Shown here: piece after piece, positions 29,070 through 39,820 of the stretch
Numbering within the stretch: position 1 is the first letter of the stretch
Layout: each line of letters starts with the position of its first letter
Assembly (NCBI GenBank): GCA_963704725.1
Contig: OY969934.1
Span: forward strand, 1,600,001-1,664,000
DNA from: an uncultured Actinomycetes bacterium
GTDB taxonomy: Bacteria > Actinomycetota > UBA4738 > HRBIN12
Length of the DNA stretch: 64,000 nt
Direction: 5' to 3'
Position numbers and translations under genes: made by a program
The notes under the pieces: generated by a model
Database searches by the model: none
What the model was told of the DNA's origin: nothing
What the model saw: only the letters and a program-made list of their open reading frames with translations

Positions 29070-30071
29070 GTGGTCACCCCCCGCGAGCGCACCGAGGAGA
29101 TCGAGCGCGACACGCTGTCGCCGAACGCGACGCTCGCCTCGGCCAGCAAGGGCCGCGAGACCGAGGAGCCCCCGGACCCGCTCCGGACCTGCTACCAGCG
29201 CGACCGCGACCGGATCGTGCACTCCAAGGCTTTCCGCCGGCTCAAGCACAAGACGCAGGTGTTCCTCGCGCCCGAGGGTGACCACTACCGGGTCCGGCTG
29301 ACGCACACGCTCGAGGTCAGCCAGATCGCGAGGACCGCCGCTCGCGCCCTCCGGCTGAACGAGGATCTCACCGAGGCCATCTCGCTGGGTCACGACCTGG
29401 GGCACACGCCGTTCGGGCACCTCGGCGAGCAGGCGCTGACGCCGTTCCTGGGACGGCCGTTTCGCCACAACGAGCAGAGCCTGCGGATCGTGGACCACCT
29501 GGAGAACGACGGCCGGGGCCTGAACCTGTCGTGGGAGGTTCGCGACGGCATCGTCAACCACACGTGGTCGATGCCGCAGCCCGCGACGCACGAGGCCCAG
29601 GTCGTCCGGTTCGCCGATCGGATCGCGTACATCAACCACGACGTGGATGACGCCGTGCGCGCCGGCGTCCTGGAGGAGGGCGAGCTCCCGGCCGAGGCGC
29701 TCGACGTCTTGGGGCAGACGCACTCGGCTCGGATCAACACGCTCGTCACGGACCTCGTCGAGCACTCGGGGGACGGAGCGGAGATCGGGCTCTCCGGCGA
29801 GCGCTTCCGGGCCCTCGACGTGCTCCGGGATTTCCTGTTCGACCGCGTCTACCTGCGGGACGAGGCCCGCGTGGAGCAGGACAAGGCGATCGGGCTGGTG
29901 CGAACGCTGTTCGCCCACTACCTCGAGCATCCCGAGGCGGTTCCGGAGGAGTACCATCGCGCACCGGGAGACCTTCCGACCCGCGTCGCCGACTACATCG
30001 CCGGCATGACGGATCGGTTCGCCCTCCGGGCCTACGAACGCCTCTACCTTCCCCAGGGCTGGCTCCTGTAG
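29070..30071 (+). CDS. dgt: deoxyguanosinetriphosphate triphosphohydrolase-like HD protein
   Basis: RDRDRI, FRRLKHKTQVF, RLTHTLEV, HDLGHTPFGH, DYIAGMTD. Confidence 0.95.
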   Translation: MVTPRERTEEIERDTLSPNATLASASKGRETEEPPDPLRTCYQRDRDRIVHSKAFRRLKHKTQVFLAPEGDHYRVRLTHTLEVSQIARTAARALRLNEDLTEAISLGHDLGHTPFGHLGEQALTPFLGRPFRHNEQSLRIVDHLENDGRGLNLSWEVRDGIVNHTWSMPQPATHEAQVVRFADRIAYINHDVDDAVRAGVLEEGELPAEALDVLGQTHSARINTLVTDLVEHSGDGAEIGLSGERFRALDVLRDFLFDRVYLRDEARVEQDKAIGLVRTLFAHYLEHPEAVPEEYHRAPGDLPTRVADYIAGMTDRFALRAYERLYLPQGWLL

Positions 30072-30116
30072 CGGCGCGCGTTCGACAGCAGGGATCGACG
30101 AGGGGAAGGGATCGAG

Positions 30117-31898
30117 GTGGCGGGCCGGATCCGGGACGAGGACGTCCAGGCCGTCAAGGAGCGCACCGACATCGTCAAGCTCGTGTCGGGCTACCTGACC
30201 CTGAAGAAGACGGGGCACGACGCGTTCGGCGGGCTCTGTCCGTTCCACACCGAGAAGACGCCGTCGTTCTCGGTCTCGCCGGCCAAGGGGATGTACTACT
30301 GCTTCGGGTGCGGCGCCGGCGGCGACGCCATCCGGTTCCTGCGCGAGGTCGAGCACCTCGAGTTCGCGGAAGCGGTGGAGCGCCTGGCCAAGGATGCCGG
30401 CGTCACGCTCCGCTACGAGGGCGACTCTCCGGGGGAGCGGCGGGCCGCCGGCCGCCTGCAGTCCCTGCACCGGGCCAACGAGGAGGCGGCGGCGCTGTAC
30501 CACCGCACGCTGCTCGAGGGCCGCGAGGGCGAGGAGGCTCGCGCCTATCTGGCCGAGCGCGGGATCGACCGGGACGCCGCCGAGACGTTCGGCGTCGGCT
30601 ACGCACCGCGCTACCCGGACTTCCTCCTGCGAAGGCTCACCCGTTCCCTGTCGTCGGAGCTGCTCGTCGACGCCGGGCTGGCCATCCGCGACGGCGAGGG
30701 CAACGTCCGCGACCGGTTCCGCGGCCGCATCACGTTCCCCGTGCACGACCTGTCGGGCAAGTCGGTCGGGATCGGCGCCCGGATCCTGCCCGGCGGGAGG
30801 GAGGAGGGGCCGAAGTACCTCAACTCGCCGGAGACGCCCGTGTACCGCAAGAGCGAGGTGCTCTACAACCTGCACCGGGCCAAGGCCGCCGTCGCCCGGA
30901 GCGGCGAGATCTTCGTCGTCGAGGGGTACACCGACGTCATCGCGATGGCCCTCGCCGGGATCGAAACCGCCGTCGCGACGTGCGGGACGGCGCTCGGCGA
31001 GGGGCACTTCCGCCTCGCGTCTCGCTTCGCGCAGCGGATGGTGCTCGCGTTCGACTCCGACGAGGCCGGCGCCCGGGCGGCCGAGCGCGCCTTCCAGTAC
31101 CTGGAGACCTACCCGCTCCGGCCGGTCGTCCTGATCCTGCCCGAGGGCCAGGATCCCGCGGACTTCTGCCGGTCCCACGGCGGGGAGGCGCTCCGCGAGC
31201 TGGCGCGGGGGGCCATCCCCCTCGTCGAGTACATGCTCCTGCGAACGGTGAACCGCCAGGATCTGTCGACCGTCGAGGGCCAGAGCGCCGCGGTGGCGGC
31301 AGCCCTGCCCATGCTGGAGCAGCTGCGCGATCCCGTTCGGCAGTCGGAGTACGCGCACACGCTCGCTGAGCTCGCCGGCGTGACCGAGTCCTCCGTGGTG
31401 ATGGCGCTCGACCGGCGGATGGCCGGCCGGCCCGTCGAGGTGCAGCAGGCGATCAAGCGCGCCTCCGCTCAGGAACGGGTGGAGCGAGAGATGCTGCACC
31501 TGCTCGCGCGCGACGTCGAGATTTTCGCGGCGTTCTCGAAGCGCCTTGCCCCGGAGCACTTCCAGACGGCGCGCAACCGGGACCTCCTGTCGCTTCTGCT
31601 CGAGACGGACGGCGAGGTCGGCGGCTTCGTGGCGCGCTCGCAGGACGACAAAGCCGTGCGCGCGTTGTCCGCGCTCGCACTCGCGCCGATCGACGGGGAG
31701 TCGTCGGTCTCGTACGCGGAGAGCGTGTGGAAGCGGTTGCAGGAGTTCGATCTGAAGCGCAAGAGCGCCGCGCTTCGCCTGCGGCTGCAGAAACTGAACC
31801 CCACGACCGATCCTACGTACGACGAGCTCTTCCAGCAGCTGATCGCGATCGACGGCGACCTTCGGCGTCTCCGCGAGCGGGGCACCGTCGACGCTTGA
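30117..31898 (+). CDS. dnaG: DNA primase
   Basis: [11 protein letters not shown]…CFGC zinc finger, [21 protein letters not shown] Toprim motifs. Confidence 0.97.
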   Translation: MAGRIRDEDVQAVKERTDIVKLVSGYLTLKKTGHDAFGGLCPFHTEKTPSFSVSPAKGMYYCFGCGAGGDAIRFLREVEHLEFAEAVERLAKDAGVTLRYEGDSPGERRAAGRLQSLHRANEEAAALYHRTLLEGREGEEARAYLAERGIDRDAAETFGVGYAPRYPDFLLRRLTRSLSSELLVDAGLAIRDGEGNVRDRFRGRITFPVHDLSGKSVGIGARILPGGREEGPKYLNSPETPVYRKSEVLYNLHRAKAAVARSGEIFVVEGYTDVIAMALAGIETAVATCGTALGEGHFRLASRFAQRMVLAFDSDEAGARAAERAFQYLETYPLRPVVLILPEGQDPADFCRSHGGEALRELARGAIPLVEYMLLRTVNRQDLSTVEGQSAAVAAALPMLEQLRDPVRQSEYAHTLAELAGVTESSVVMALDRRMAGRPVEVQQAIKRASAQERVEREMLHLLARDVEIFAAFSKRLAPEHFQTARNRDLLSLLLETDGEVGGFVARSQDDKAVRALSALALAPIDGESSVSYAESVWKRLQEFDLKRKSAALRLRLQKLNPTTDPTYDELFQQLIAIDGDLRRLRERGTVDA

Positions 31899-31968
31899 CG
31901 CCGACGTGGGCGCCGCGGATTCGGGCTCGTACACTCTGCGGCATCCTCGACCCCCCGACGGGAGCGAC

Positions 31969-33276
31969 GTGGTGACGGAAGCGGCCCGCGATCTGGGCTT
32001 GGAAGAAGCGAAGGAAGCGATCACCGCTCGAGGACGCGAGCGAGGGTTCGTGACATCGGAAGACCTCCTCGAAGCGGTACCGGTCGACGACTTCACCCCC
32101 GAGCAGATCGAGGACTTCCTCACGCAGGTCGAGGAGCACCTGCGGGGCGAGGGGATCGAGGTCATCGAGGTCCCCGGCGACGAGGTCGACGGCGCGGTCC
32201 AGCGACAGATCGACGTCGACCTGCTCAAGGCGCCGACCAACGACCCGGTCCGGATGTACCTCAAGGAGATCGGGAAGGTCCCGCTGCTCACAGCGGCGCA
32301 GGAGATCGACCTGGCCCGACGGATCGAGGCCGGCGAGATCGCCACGGAGCTCCGCGAGGCCCTCGAGGAGGACGGCCGGGTCGACGGGAAGCGTCTGCGC
32401 ACCGTGGCCGAGTCCGTCGTGGCGATCCGGGAGCACCAGATCGAGAAGTTCGGCAAGGTGGAGGGGATCGGACGCGACAAGGTCTCTAAGTCCTACAAGC
32501 CACGGACCCGCGAGGACCTCGACGACTTCCTCCGGCGCGTCGAGCGCGACGGCCAGCTCGCCAAGCGCAAGCTGATCGAGGCCAACCTCCGGCTCGTGGT
32601 CTCGATCGCCAAGCGCTACGTGGGCCGGGGGATGCTGTTCCTCGACCTGATCCAGGAGGGCAACCTCGGCCTGATCCGGGCGGTCGAGAAGTTCGACTAC
32701 TCCAAGGGCTTCAAGTTCTCCACCTACGCGACGTGGTGGATCCGCCAGGCCATCACGCGGGCCATCGCCGACCAGGCGCGCACGATCCGCATCCCCGTGC
32801 ACATGGTCGAGACGATCAACAAGCTCGTGCGGATCCAACGGCAGCTCCTGCAGGACCTCGGCCGAGAGCCGACGCCCGAGGAGATCGGCCGCCAGATGGG
32901 GATCCCCGCGGACAAGGTCCGCGAGATCCTCAAGGTGTCGCAGGAGCCGGTGTCCCTCGAGACGCCGATCGGCGAGGAGGAGGACTCACACCTCGGCGAC
33001 TTCATCGAGGACTCGGACGCCGTGGTGCCGGTCGATGCTGCCAGCTTCATCCTGCTGCAGGAGCAGCTCGAGGCCGTTCTACACACGCTGTCCGAACGCG
33101 AGAAGAAGGTGATCCAGCTCCGCTTCGGTCTCCTCGACGGCCACCCCCGGACGCTCGAGGAGGTCGGCCGGGAGTTCGGCGTGACGCGCGAGCGGATCCG
33201 CCAGATCGAGTCGAAGACGCTCTCCAAGCTCCGCCACCCCAGCCGGTCGCAGAAGCTCCGCGACTACCTCGAGTAA
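31969..33276 (+). CDS. rpoD: RNA polymerase primary sigma factor
   Basis: [55 protein letters not shown]; start approximate. Confidence 0.97.
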   Translation: MVTEAARDLGLEEAKEAITARGRERGFVTSEDLLEAVPVDDFTPEQIEDFLTQVEEHLRGEGIEVIEVPGDEVDGAVQRQIDVDLLKAPTNDPVRMYLKEIGKVPLLTAAQEIDLARRIEAGEIATELREALEEDGRVDGKRLRTVAESVVAIREHQIEKFGKVEGIGRDKVSKSYKPRTREDLDDFLRRVERDGQLAKRKLIEANLRLVVSIAKRYVGRGMLFLDLIQEGNLGLIRAVEKFDYSKGFKFSTYATWWIRQAITRAIADQARTIRIPVHMVETINKLVRIQRQLLQDLGREPTPEEIGRQMGIPADKVREILKVSQEPVSLETPIGEEEDSHLGDFIEDSDAVVPVDAASFILLQEQLEAVLHTLSEREKKVIQLRFGLLDGHPRTLEEVGREFGVTRERIRQIESKTLSKLRHPSRSQKLRDYLE

Positions 33277-33313
33277 GGCGAGCGGAACCAGGAGGCGGCG
33301 GGTGCCGCCGGGC

Positions 33314-33562
33314 TCAATTCATCGACAGGTCGTCGACGTCGGCCACCATGCGCCGCTGGATCGTCGCGCGTGCCCGCTGGATCGCCTCGACGCCCATGGT
33401 GCCGGCGCGTCCGGCGAGACCGGCGAGACGTTGCGACGACGGATGACGCAGCATCGCCGCCCGGACGCCGCTCGGGCGCCCGTCCCCCTGCTGCCGCACC
33501 ATGCGCCGGCCGATGAGATAGCCGAGCACGACCCCGACGACCAACCCGATCCTGAATCGCAT
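33314..33562 (-). CDS. small membrane-anchored hypothetical protein
   Basis: GLVVGVVLGYLIG N-terminus; TAGGCT hexamer 7 nt upstream of ATG. Confidence 0.55.
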   Translation of the reverse strand: MRFRIGLVVGVVLGYLIGRRMVRQQGDGRPSGVRAAMLRHPSSQRLAGLAGRAGTMGVEAIQRARATIQRRMVADVDDLSMN

Positions 33563-33621
33563 CGGGCCAAGCCTAGCCCATCGGGGCCGACAGGGCGCGT
33601 TGGTAGACTGCCTGGGCTCGT

Positions 33622-33694
33622 TCCGGGGTAGCTCAATTGGCAGAGCGGCGGACTGTTAATCCGTAGGTTGAGAGTTCGAGTCTCTCCCCCGGAG
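33622..33694 (+). tRNA. tRNA-Asn (GTT), CCA not encoded
   Basis: TCCGGGG/CCCCGGA acceptor stem, anticodon loop CT-GTT-AA, GTTCGAG T-loop; TAGACT -10 at 33604-33609. Confidence 0.97.
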
Positions 33695-33948
33695 CTGGAA
33701 CACCGCAGGTAGACGCCTATGTCGAGCCGCTCGCGGTCGGGCCGACGGGATGTTTCCTGTGCTGGTCCCGCGGCGGTATGGTCACGGTGGTTGACCAAAT
33801 GCGTTCGACGCGACCGCGCCCAACCCGGCCGCTTCGTTCAGCCCAATGGCGAGGCCCAGGCGTCTGGGTCCCGTCAGATCGATCTTCATGATCACGGTGG
33901 TGGACCGGCCGGTGAGTCCCTTGGTTCACCCCAGCAGGTGGGGTGCGG

Positions 33949-34341
33949 CTACTGAGGCACGCCGTCCTGGAGCTCGATCGTCTTGCTCCGGGCGCCTCGA
34001 CAGCCCGGCGACCTGGCCACCTTCACGTAGAAGAAGCCGTCGCGGAAGCCGGTGTTCCCCATCGACCACTCGCCGTGGGTGCCCTGTTGCTCGGACGTGT
34101 CGGAGCCCAGCCGATCGTCGACGCTCGGGTCCGGTTCGTCTCCCTGCTGCTCGAACAGCGTGACCCGGCGGTCGCCCAGGCACGAGTGGTTCTCGCTGAA
34201 GATCTTGCCCTGGAAGTCGCCGTTGGGACCTCGGATCGTGACCCTGGTCGCCGCCGCCGTACCGGCCTCGGCGACGCCGGCGCCGATGAGCGCGCCGGAT
34301 GCCAGCACGCCGACGACTGCCGCTATCCATCTCCGCTTCAT
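33949..34341 (-). CDS. hypothetical secreted protein (two-Cys beta domain)
   Basis: signal peptide ending AEA; purine-rich RBS. Confidence 0.65.
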   Translation of the reverse strand: MKRRWIAAVVGVLASGALIGAGVAEAGTAAATRVTIRGPNGDFQGKIFSENHSCLGDRRVTLFEQQGDEPDPSVDDRLGSDTSEQQGTHGEWSMGNTGFRDGFFYVKVARSPGCRGARSKTIELQDGVPQ

Positions 34342-34394
34342 GAACCCTTCCCCCTCCCTCGTCCAGCCCGAGGCGCAGTCTGCACGATCCTGGC

Positions 34395-34844
34395 CTACGA
34401 GGCCAGTCGCCCGCTCAGCGCGGCGACGACGCGCTCGGCCGTCGCCCGGTAGATCTTCGGGATCTCGAACGCCCAGAGGCCGCCGTCCGCGAACTCGATC
34501 CGCAAGTCCGCTTTGAGCGTGCCCCGCTCGAGCGCGGCGGACGCGACGGCGGCCCTCGGGGCGCGCGCGACGACCTCCGTCCCGACCTTCGGCTTGAGCG
34601 CACCCGGCTTGCCTCGTATGAGGACGATCTCGTGCTCCGTCAGAGCCACATATCCGACGGCGCCGAAGGGCGGCGCCCCCGCGAACGGCGGCCCGGCTGC
34701 GGCCATACCGATCATGCCGCCGACGACGCCCCCGACGGCGCCGGCGGCCGCGATGCCGGTCATCTTCTTCGTCATACCGTGAGGGCTCACGAACGTCCCT
34801 GCCACCTCCGGAGTGCCGAGGACCTCCGCCGCGCCCTTCGCCAT
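34395..34844 (-). CDS. hypothetical protein
   Basis: GGAGG RBS before ATG 34844; Gly-rich hydrophobic segment then beta-rich domain. Confidence 0.6.
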   Translation of the reverse strand: MAKGAAEVLGTPEVAGTFVSPHGMTKKMTGIAAAGAVGGVVGGMIGMAAAGPPFAGAPPFGAVGYVALTEHEIVLIRGKPGALKPKVGTEVVARAPRAAVASAALERGTLKADLRIEFADGGLWAFEIPKIYRATAERVVAALSGRLAS

Positions 34845-34882
34845 CGCCGCCTCCTCGTCGTGACCCTCTCGGGTCGTCCGCT

Positions 34883-36445
34883 TCAACTCCTCGCGACCGA
34901 CGACCGGTCGGCCAGGCACACGTCTCCCGAGGCCAGCGTCACCTGTCGTGCGATCGCGCGGTATCGGCCGGGGGCCCGGGTCCCGCGGACGACGAAGGCG
35001 CCCGCGTCGTTCGTAGTCGTCGTGCCGACCGGGCGCCACCGACCGCCCTCGCGGTGCTTCACCTTGACGGGGACGTTCACGGCGCACTCCGAGAAGCCGT
35101 CGGTGACGGTCACGACGCCCCTCGCCCGGCGGCCCACCGAGAGCGAGACCTCCCGCGCGTGCTCGAGCGGCGTGGGCGCCGGAGGATCGGCCTGGAGTCG
35201 GTACACGAGTGCGTCCCGACTCCCCGCCCCGGCCGCTGCACCCGCAACGACCGGCTTGCCATCCGATTGAACGGCGATCGCAGAGGCGTACTCGTTCACG
35301 GAGCTGTCGATCGCGACTCGGCCACCGTTCCCGAAGCTCGCGTCGAGGGATCCATCCGGGTTCAAGCGATCGACGATCACCGATGCGGGGTCGGTCGCCG
35401 AGCTCCCCGAGTATCCGGCGACCAGCATCTTGCCGTCGGCTTGCAGAGCAAGGGCATTGGTGAGACCTCCACCCTGGTCCACCATGACATGTCCGTTGCC
35501 GCCGAACGTCGTATCGGGCGAGCCGTCGGAGCTCAGCCGGTAGACGATGGAGCTCGACGATGTCGAGGACTGCGAATACCCGGCGACGACGATCTTCCCG
35601 TCCGCCTGCAAACCGACGGAGGTGAAGACCTCGGTTCCTCCCAGATCGATGGTCAGCAGGCCGTTGCCGGCGAATCCAGCATCGACCGAGCCGTTCGGGT
35701 TCAGCCGCAAGATGGTCGCTGCCTCACCGAGGGACGTGGTGCCGGCGACCAGGATCCTGCCGTCCGGTTGCACGGCGACCGATCTGGGGAACTCATAGCC
35801 GGCGCCTCCGAGAACACGCATGCCGTCCCCGTCGAAGGTGGTGTCGAAGGATCCGTCGGTGTTCAGGCGGTACACGACCACGTCGGAGGGAGAGCCTCTC
35901 TCACCCACCACGACGATCTTGCCGTCCGGCTGCAGGGCCACGGCGGCGGCGGAATCGTCGGGGCCGGTGTCGATGCCCAGCCGTCCGTCGCCGTCGAAGC
36001 TGTTGTCGAAGGACCCGTCGGGATTCAGGCGGTACACGACCACGTCGCCGTTCCCGGCGAGGTAGTAGCTGCCCGCCGCGACGATCTTCCCGTCCGGCTG
36101 CAGGGCAAGTGCGAAGGCGATCTCCTGGCCCCCACTGTCGATCACGACGCGACCGTCGCCGTCGAAGCTGGGGTCGAGCGCACCGCCGGCGGTCAGGCGA
36201 TAGACGCCGGCATCGTCGTCTGCGATCCCGGCGAGGACGATCTTCCCGTCATCCTGGAGTCCCATCGCATACGCGTATTCGTATCCGCCATAGTCGATCG
36301 CGACCCTCCCACCCTGTCCGAACGTCGGATCGAGATCGCCCGCCGCCGCGAGCGCGGCCGTCGTGGTCGCCGCTGCGAACGCGAGCGCCGACGCCAGGGC
36401 GACCGTCGCGCCGCGGGAGGTTGCGTGGTGCGTTCTCCAGCTCAC
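34883..36445 (-). CDS. secreted delta-60 repeat (DUF5122-like) beta-propeller protein
   Basis: signal peptide; about seven copies of (A)LQPDGKIVVAG…YRLNPDGSxDxxFxGDG. Confidence 0.88.
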   Translation of the reverse strand: MSWRTHHATSRGATVALASALAFAAATTTAALAAAGDLDPTFGQGGRVAIDYGGYEYAYAMGLQDDGKIVLAGIADDDAGVYRLTAGGALDPSFDGDGRVVIDSGGQEIAFALALQPDGKIVAAGSYYLAGNGDVVVYRLNPDGSFDNSFDGDGRLGIDTGPDDSAAAVALQPDGKIVVVGERGSPSDVVVYRLNTDGSFDTTFDGDGMRVLGGAGYEFPRSVAVQPDGRILVAGTTSLGEAATILRLNPNGSVDAGFAGNGLLTIDLGGTEVFTSVGLQADGKIVVAGYSQSSTSSSSIVYRLSSDGSPDTTFGGNGHVMVDQGGGLTNALALQADGKMLVAGYSGSSATDPASVIVDRLNPDGSLDASFGNGGRVAIDSSVNEYASAIAVQSDGKPVVAGAAAGAGSRDALVYRLQADPPAPTPLEHAREVSLSVGRRARGVVTVTDGFSECAVNVPVKVKHREGGRWRPVGTTTTNDAGAFVVRGTRAPGRYRAIARQVTLASGDVCLADRSSVARS

Positions 36446-36723
36446 GGCTCGTCCTCCTTCCGGACCGATCCGGCGAACGCTTGCGTGACGTGCCCGACCG
36501 GCAGGCGGGCGCGCTCGGCGGCGGCCCGGACGTCGTCGGCCGACGCCGCCTCGAACAGCAGGAAGCATGTCTCGTCCTCGGGGACGAAGATCGAGCGCGC
36601 GCAGCGGACCGGTGTCCCCTCGCGGGTCAGCTCCTCCGCGCCGAGTTGCGCCCGCCTCGCGAGGCCGTCCGCAGCCGTGGCGCCGCTGCGCGGCACGTAG
36701 AGCTCCACGATGAACTCCCCCAC
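36442..36723 (-). CDS. DUF4242/SCO4226-like small protein
   Basis: FIVELY…SIFVPEDETCFLLFEAASADDVRAA; stop overlaps delta-60 gene start. Confidence 0.7.
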   Translation of the reverse strand: MGEFIVELYVPRSGATAADGLARRAQLGAEELTREGTPVRCARSIFVPEDETCFLLFEAASADDVRAAAERARLPVGHVTQAFAGSVRKEDEP

Positions 36724-36787
36724 GCGGCGACGGTAGGGCGAGAGAGAAGAGGTGCGAAATGCCGGAAACCCGGGACGTTTGGGAGGG

Positions 36788-39502
36788 TTACGGACGCGTG
36801 GCCAGCCGGTGCGCGAGCTCGGCGCGCGAGCGCACGCCGAGCTTGTGGTACGCCCGCGAGAGGTGCCGCTCGACCGTGTTCACCGTGACGAAGAGCGAGC
36901 GGGCGATCTCCTTGTTCGAACGCCCTGCGCCGGCGAGTTCCACCACCCGGCGTTCGGCAGGGGTGAGCTCGCCGGGCTGACGAGGGCGCCGGGCGCCGAC
37001 GCGGCCGAGCTCGCGCCGTCCGAGGTCCGCCCAGCCCTCGGAGCCGAGCTCCTCGAACGCGGTCACGGCCAGCTCGAGCGTCCGTCGGGCCTCGCCCCAG
37101 CGGCGAGCGCGACGCAAGGCGCGCCCGAGGAACAGGTGCGATCGCGCCGCGTCGAACGCCAGGCCGAGCCGCCGGTACCCGTCCGCCGCCCCTCGGAGCT
37201 CAGCGACGGCTTCTTCGTTGCACTCCGACGCGATGCGAACGACGGCGTCGCACCTGGCGGCGGTCGTTCGGGCCCACGGGTGCCCCCGCCCGGCGCCAGT
37301 CAGCCGCCGGATCACGGCCCGCGCCGGCTCGAGCTCTCCGAGCTCGGCAAGCGCCTCGACCAGGTCGGGTGCGACGGGGAACACACCCGGCTCCTCGACG
37401 CCCTCGCGGAGCATGTGCTCCCAGGGTTCGCGCAGCCGATCGGCCGCCTCGACCGGATCCGAATTGAGGAGGGCCACGAGGCCGAGCGCTCGTTGCGACT
37501 CGAGCAGGTCCCAGCGCACGCCCGTTTCCATGGCCCGCTCGACGGCTTCGTCCGCCCATCGCCGGGCCTCGTCCGGTCGGCCGCGACCGGCGGCGTGGAG
37601 CGCTCGGCAGCGGCAGTGGATCTGCGGCAGCAACAGCGCGGCCTCGGAGGAGCCGCTCCACTCGTCGAGGATCTGCTCTGCCGCGTCCCACCGGCCTGCT
37701 CGGAGCTCCAGCTCGCACCGATGTACCTGGAGGACCACGTAGGACCTGGTCTCGCCGCGCTCGTCGGCGTCGTGGAGGGCGGAGTCGAGGAGCGCGCGCG
37801 CCGGCGGGATCTCTCCCCGCCACATGTGGCGCAGCGCGGCAACGCGATCGAGCGACCGGAACGGCTCGGGATCCCGGCCCGGAAGCTCGCTCGCGCGCCG
37901 ACGGAGCCCGTCGATCGAGCGCCCGCGCAGGATCCTCGGCCAGGCGAGGCCGAACAGCGCGAGTCGCTCGTCGGCCGGGCTCGCGCCCCGGGCGCCGGTC
38001 ACCGCCTCCGCCGCCCACGTTTCGGCCTCGGCGATCCTCTCGACGCGAGCGACCGAGGTGTGGATCGCGCGTCGCGCCTGGACGACCGAGCGGACCGCGG
38101 GATCCGCGACACTTTCCGCGAGCGCTCGATCGAAGTGCGCGTCGTACTCGTCGACATGCGACAGGAGGCCCTCCGTGAGCAGGAGGTGCGCCCGAGCGCG
38201 AGGGGTGCCGGAGGGCAGGACGTCGAGCCCCGCCGTGAGGAGCCCGGCCGCGCGATCGGGTTCCCCGACGATCGTGAGGCACGCGGCGAGCGCGAGCATC
38301 CGGTCGGGTCGGTCGAGGCTCTCCGATGGTGTCAGCCGGAGCGCATGCTCGGCCAGCTCGACGGCGTCCTCGACGGCACCGCGAGCCGTGGCAACCTCGG
38401 CCGCGGTCCCAACCGTCGCCGCGAGCGACGCATCCGGTCCCGTGCTCGACAACGCCAGGTGCCGGGCGCGCCGTTCGGGATCAGCCGCCGCGCCCGCGAG
38501 CAGCGTGTGCATGCGCCGGCGGTCGCCGGCCCGCGACTGGGAGCGCGCCGCGGCGCCGAGCAGCGGGTGCACCAGGCGCACGTGGTCGCGATCGACGAGC
38601 ACGACGCCCGCGTCCAGCGCGCGATCGATCGCGTTCGGACCCACCAGCGCCGTGAGCTGGCTCGTCGTCAGCCCCCCGCCCAGCTCGATCGCGAGGACGA
38701 GTCGGCGCAGCGCGGACGGAAGTCGTGCCACACGAGCCTCGAGGAGCCCCTCGACGAGCTCGGGCAAGGCGATGTCCTCGCCGATCTGCGGCGGACCCGT
38801 TTCGGCCAGCAAGCGCCCGATCTCCAGTGCGAACAGCGGATTGCCCTGCGAGACCTCGAGCACGCGCCGCAGCACGCGCCGCGGGAGGACGAGCCCGAGT
38901 CGATCGGCGAGGAGCTGTCGAACGGCGCCGAAGCTCATCGGGCCGACGAGGATACGGTCTTCGCCAGCGGGCTCGAGCGCGTGCGTGAATCCGGACGCCC
39001 CGGTCAGCCGCTCCGTGAAGAGGAAGCGCACCGGATCGCCGCGGAGCCTGCGAGCGGCGAACGTGATCGCGTCGGCTGATCCGCCGTCGAGCCAATGGAC
39101 ATCGTCGATCGCGACCAACACGGGCGCCCGGGCGGCGATCGCCCGAAGTGCGTTCATGAGGCCGAGCGCGATCGCTCGGGGCTCGGGGGGAGCTCCCTCT
39201 GGGAGCGCGCGGAGCAGCGCCACCTCCAGCGCAATGCGTTGAGGGGCTGGCAGCGACCCCAGGACGTCGTCGCCGACATCCATCAGGAGGTCGGCGAGCG
39301 CGGCAAAGGCGAGTTGCCCTTCGCTCGAGCTCGGCCGCGCTTGGAGCACCGTGTGGCCGAGGCCGCGAGCGTCCTCGATCCCGGTTTCCCAGATCGTGGT
39401 CTTGCCCATGCCCGCCGGCCCGACGAGCGCGAGGACCTCGTCCGGCCCGTCGCTCTCGAGGAACGAGCGAACCGCCGCGAGCTCCTGCTCCCGGCCGATC
39501 AT
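36788..39502 (-). CDS. large ATP-binding LuxR-family (LAL) regulator
   Basis: IGREQE, GPAGMGKT, IDDVHWLD, GNPLFALE, HPL, C-terminal LTPAE…NKEIA…TVERHL HTH. Confidence 0.92.
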   Translation of the reverse strand: MIGREQELAAVRSFLESDGPDEVLALVGPAGMGKTTIWETGIEDARGLGHTVLQARPSSSEGQLAFAALADLLMDVGDDVLGSLPAPQRIALEVALLRALPEGAPPEPRAIALGLMNALRAIAARAPVLVAIDDVHWLDGGSADAITFAARRLRGDPVRFLFTERLTGASGFTHALEPAGEDRILVGPMSFGAVRQLLADRLGLVLPRRVLRRVLEVSQGNPLFALEIGRLLAETGPPQIGEDIALPELVEGLLEARVARLPSALRRLVLAIELGGGLTTSQLTALVGPNAIDRALDAGVVLVDRDHVRLVHPLLGAAARSQSRAGDRRRMHTLLAGAAADPERRARHLALSSTGPDASLAATVGTAAEVATARGAVEDAVELAEHALRLTPSESLDRPDRMLALAACLTIVGEPDRAAGLLTAGLDVLPSGTPRARAHLLLTEGLLSHVDEYDAHFDRALAESVADPAVRSVVQARRAIHTSVARVERIAEAETWAAEAVTGARGASPADERLALFGLAWPRILRGRSIDGLRRRASELPGRDPEPFRSLDRVAALRHMWRGEIPPARALLDSALHDADERGETRSYVVLQVHRCELELRAGRWDAAEQILDEWSGSSEAALLLPQIHCRCRALHAAGRGRPDEARRWADEAVERAMETGVRWDLLESQRALGLVALLNSDPVEAADRLREPWEHMLREGVEEPGVFPVAPDLVEALAELGELEPARAVIRRLTGAGRGHPWARTTAARCDAVVRIASECNEEAVAELRGAADGYRRLGLAFDAARSHLFLGRALRRARRWGEARRTLELAVTAFEELGSEGWADLGRRELGRVGARRPRQPGELTPAERRVVELAGAGRSNKEIARSLFVTVNTVERHLSRAYHKLGVRSRAELAHRLATRP

Positions 39503-39820
39503 CGAAGCGCGCGAGCGTGGAGCATGGGCGCATCTAGCACGACGGGGCCGGGAGAGTCAAAGTCCACGCCCGATACCCATGTCGCCGGGCTATGACCCAA
39601 GGCTCGTCCAACCGATCGGCATGCTCTCGCGTGCCCAGGACGTCGTGATCCGCCCGTTCCGGGCGGCCGCCAGGTCCGCGAAACGGAGCGCAACGGGCTG
39701 ACGGCCCTCGGCATCGCGCTCGTGCCGGTGCCCCAGCTCGAGGCGGCCTCATTCCTGTAGCCCGCTCACCGGCCGCGTGCGGGCTCGAGGTCCGGAGCCG
39801 TTCGGTAGCGTGTCGGCTCG

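Noticed and set aside
33641-33668. tRNA-Asn and tRNA(CAT) share the anticodon stem GCGGA…TCCGT
   Set aside because: Acceptor and T stems differ; a short shared stem is not evidence of anticodon switching or recoding
39503-39820. Possible ncRNA or small ORF upstream of hen1
   Set aside because: No convincing structure, RBS or motif visible; a covariance-model search would be needed
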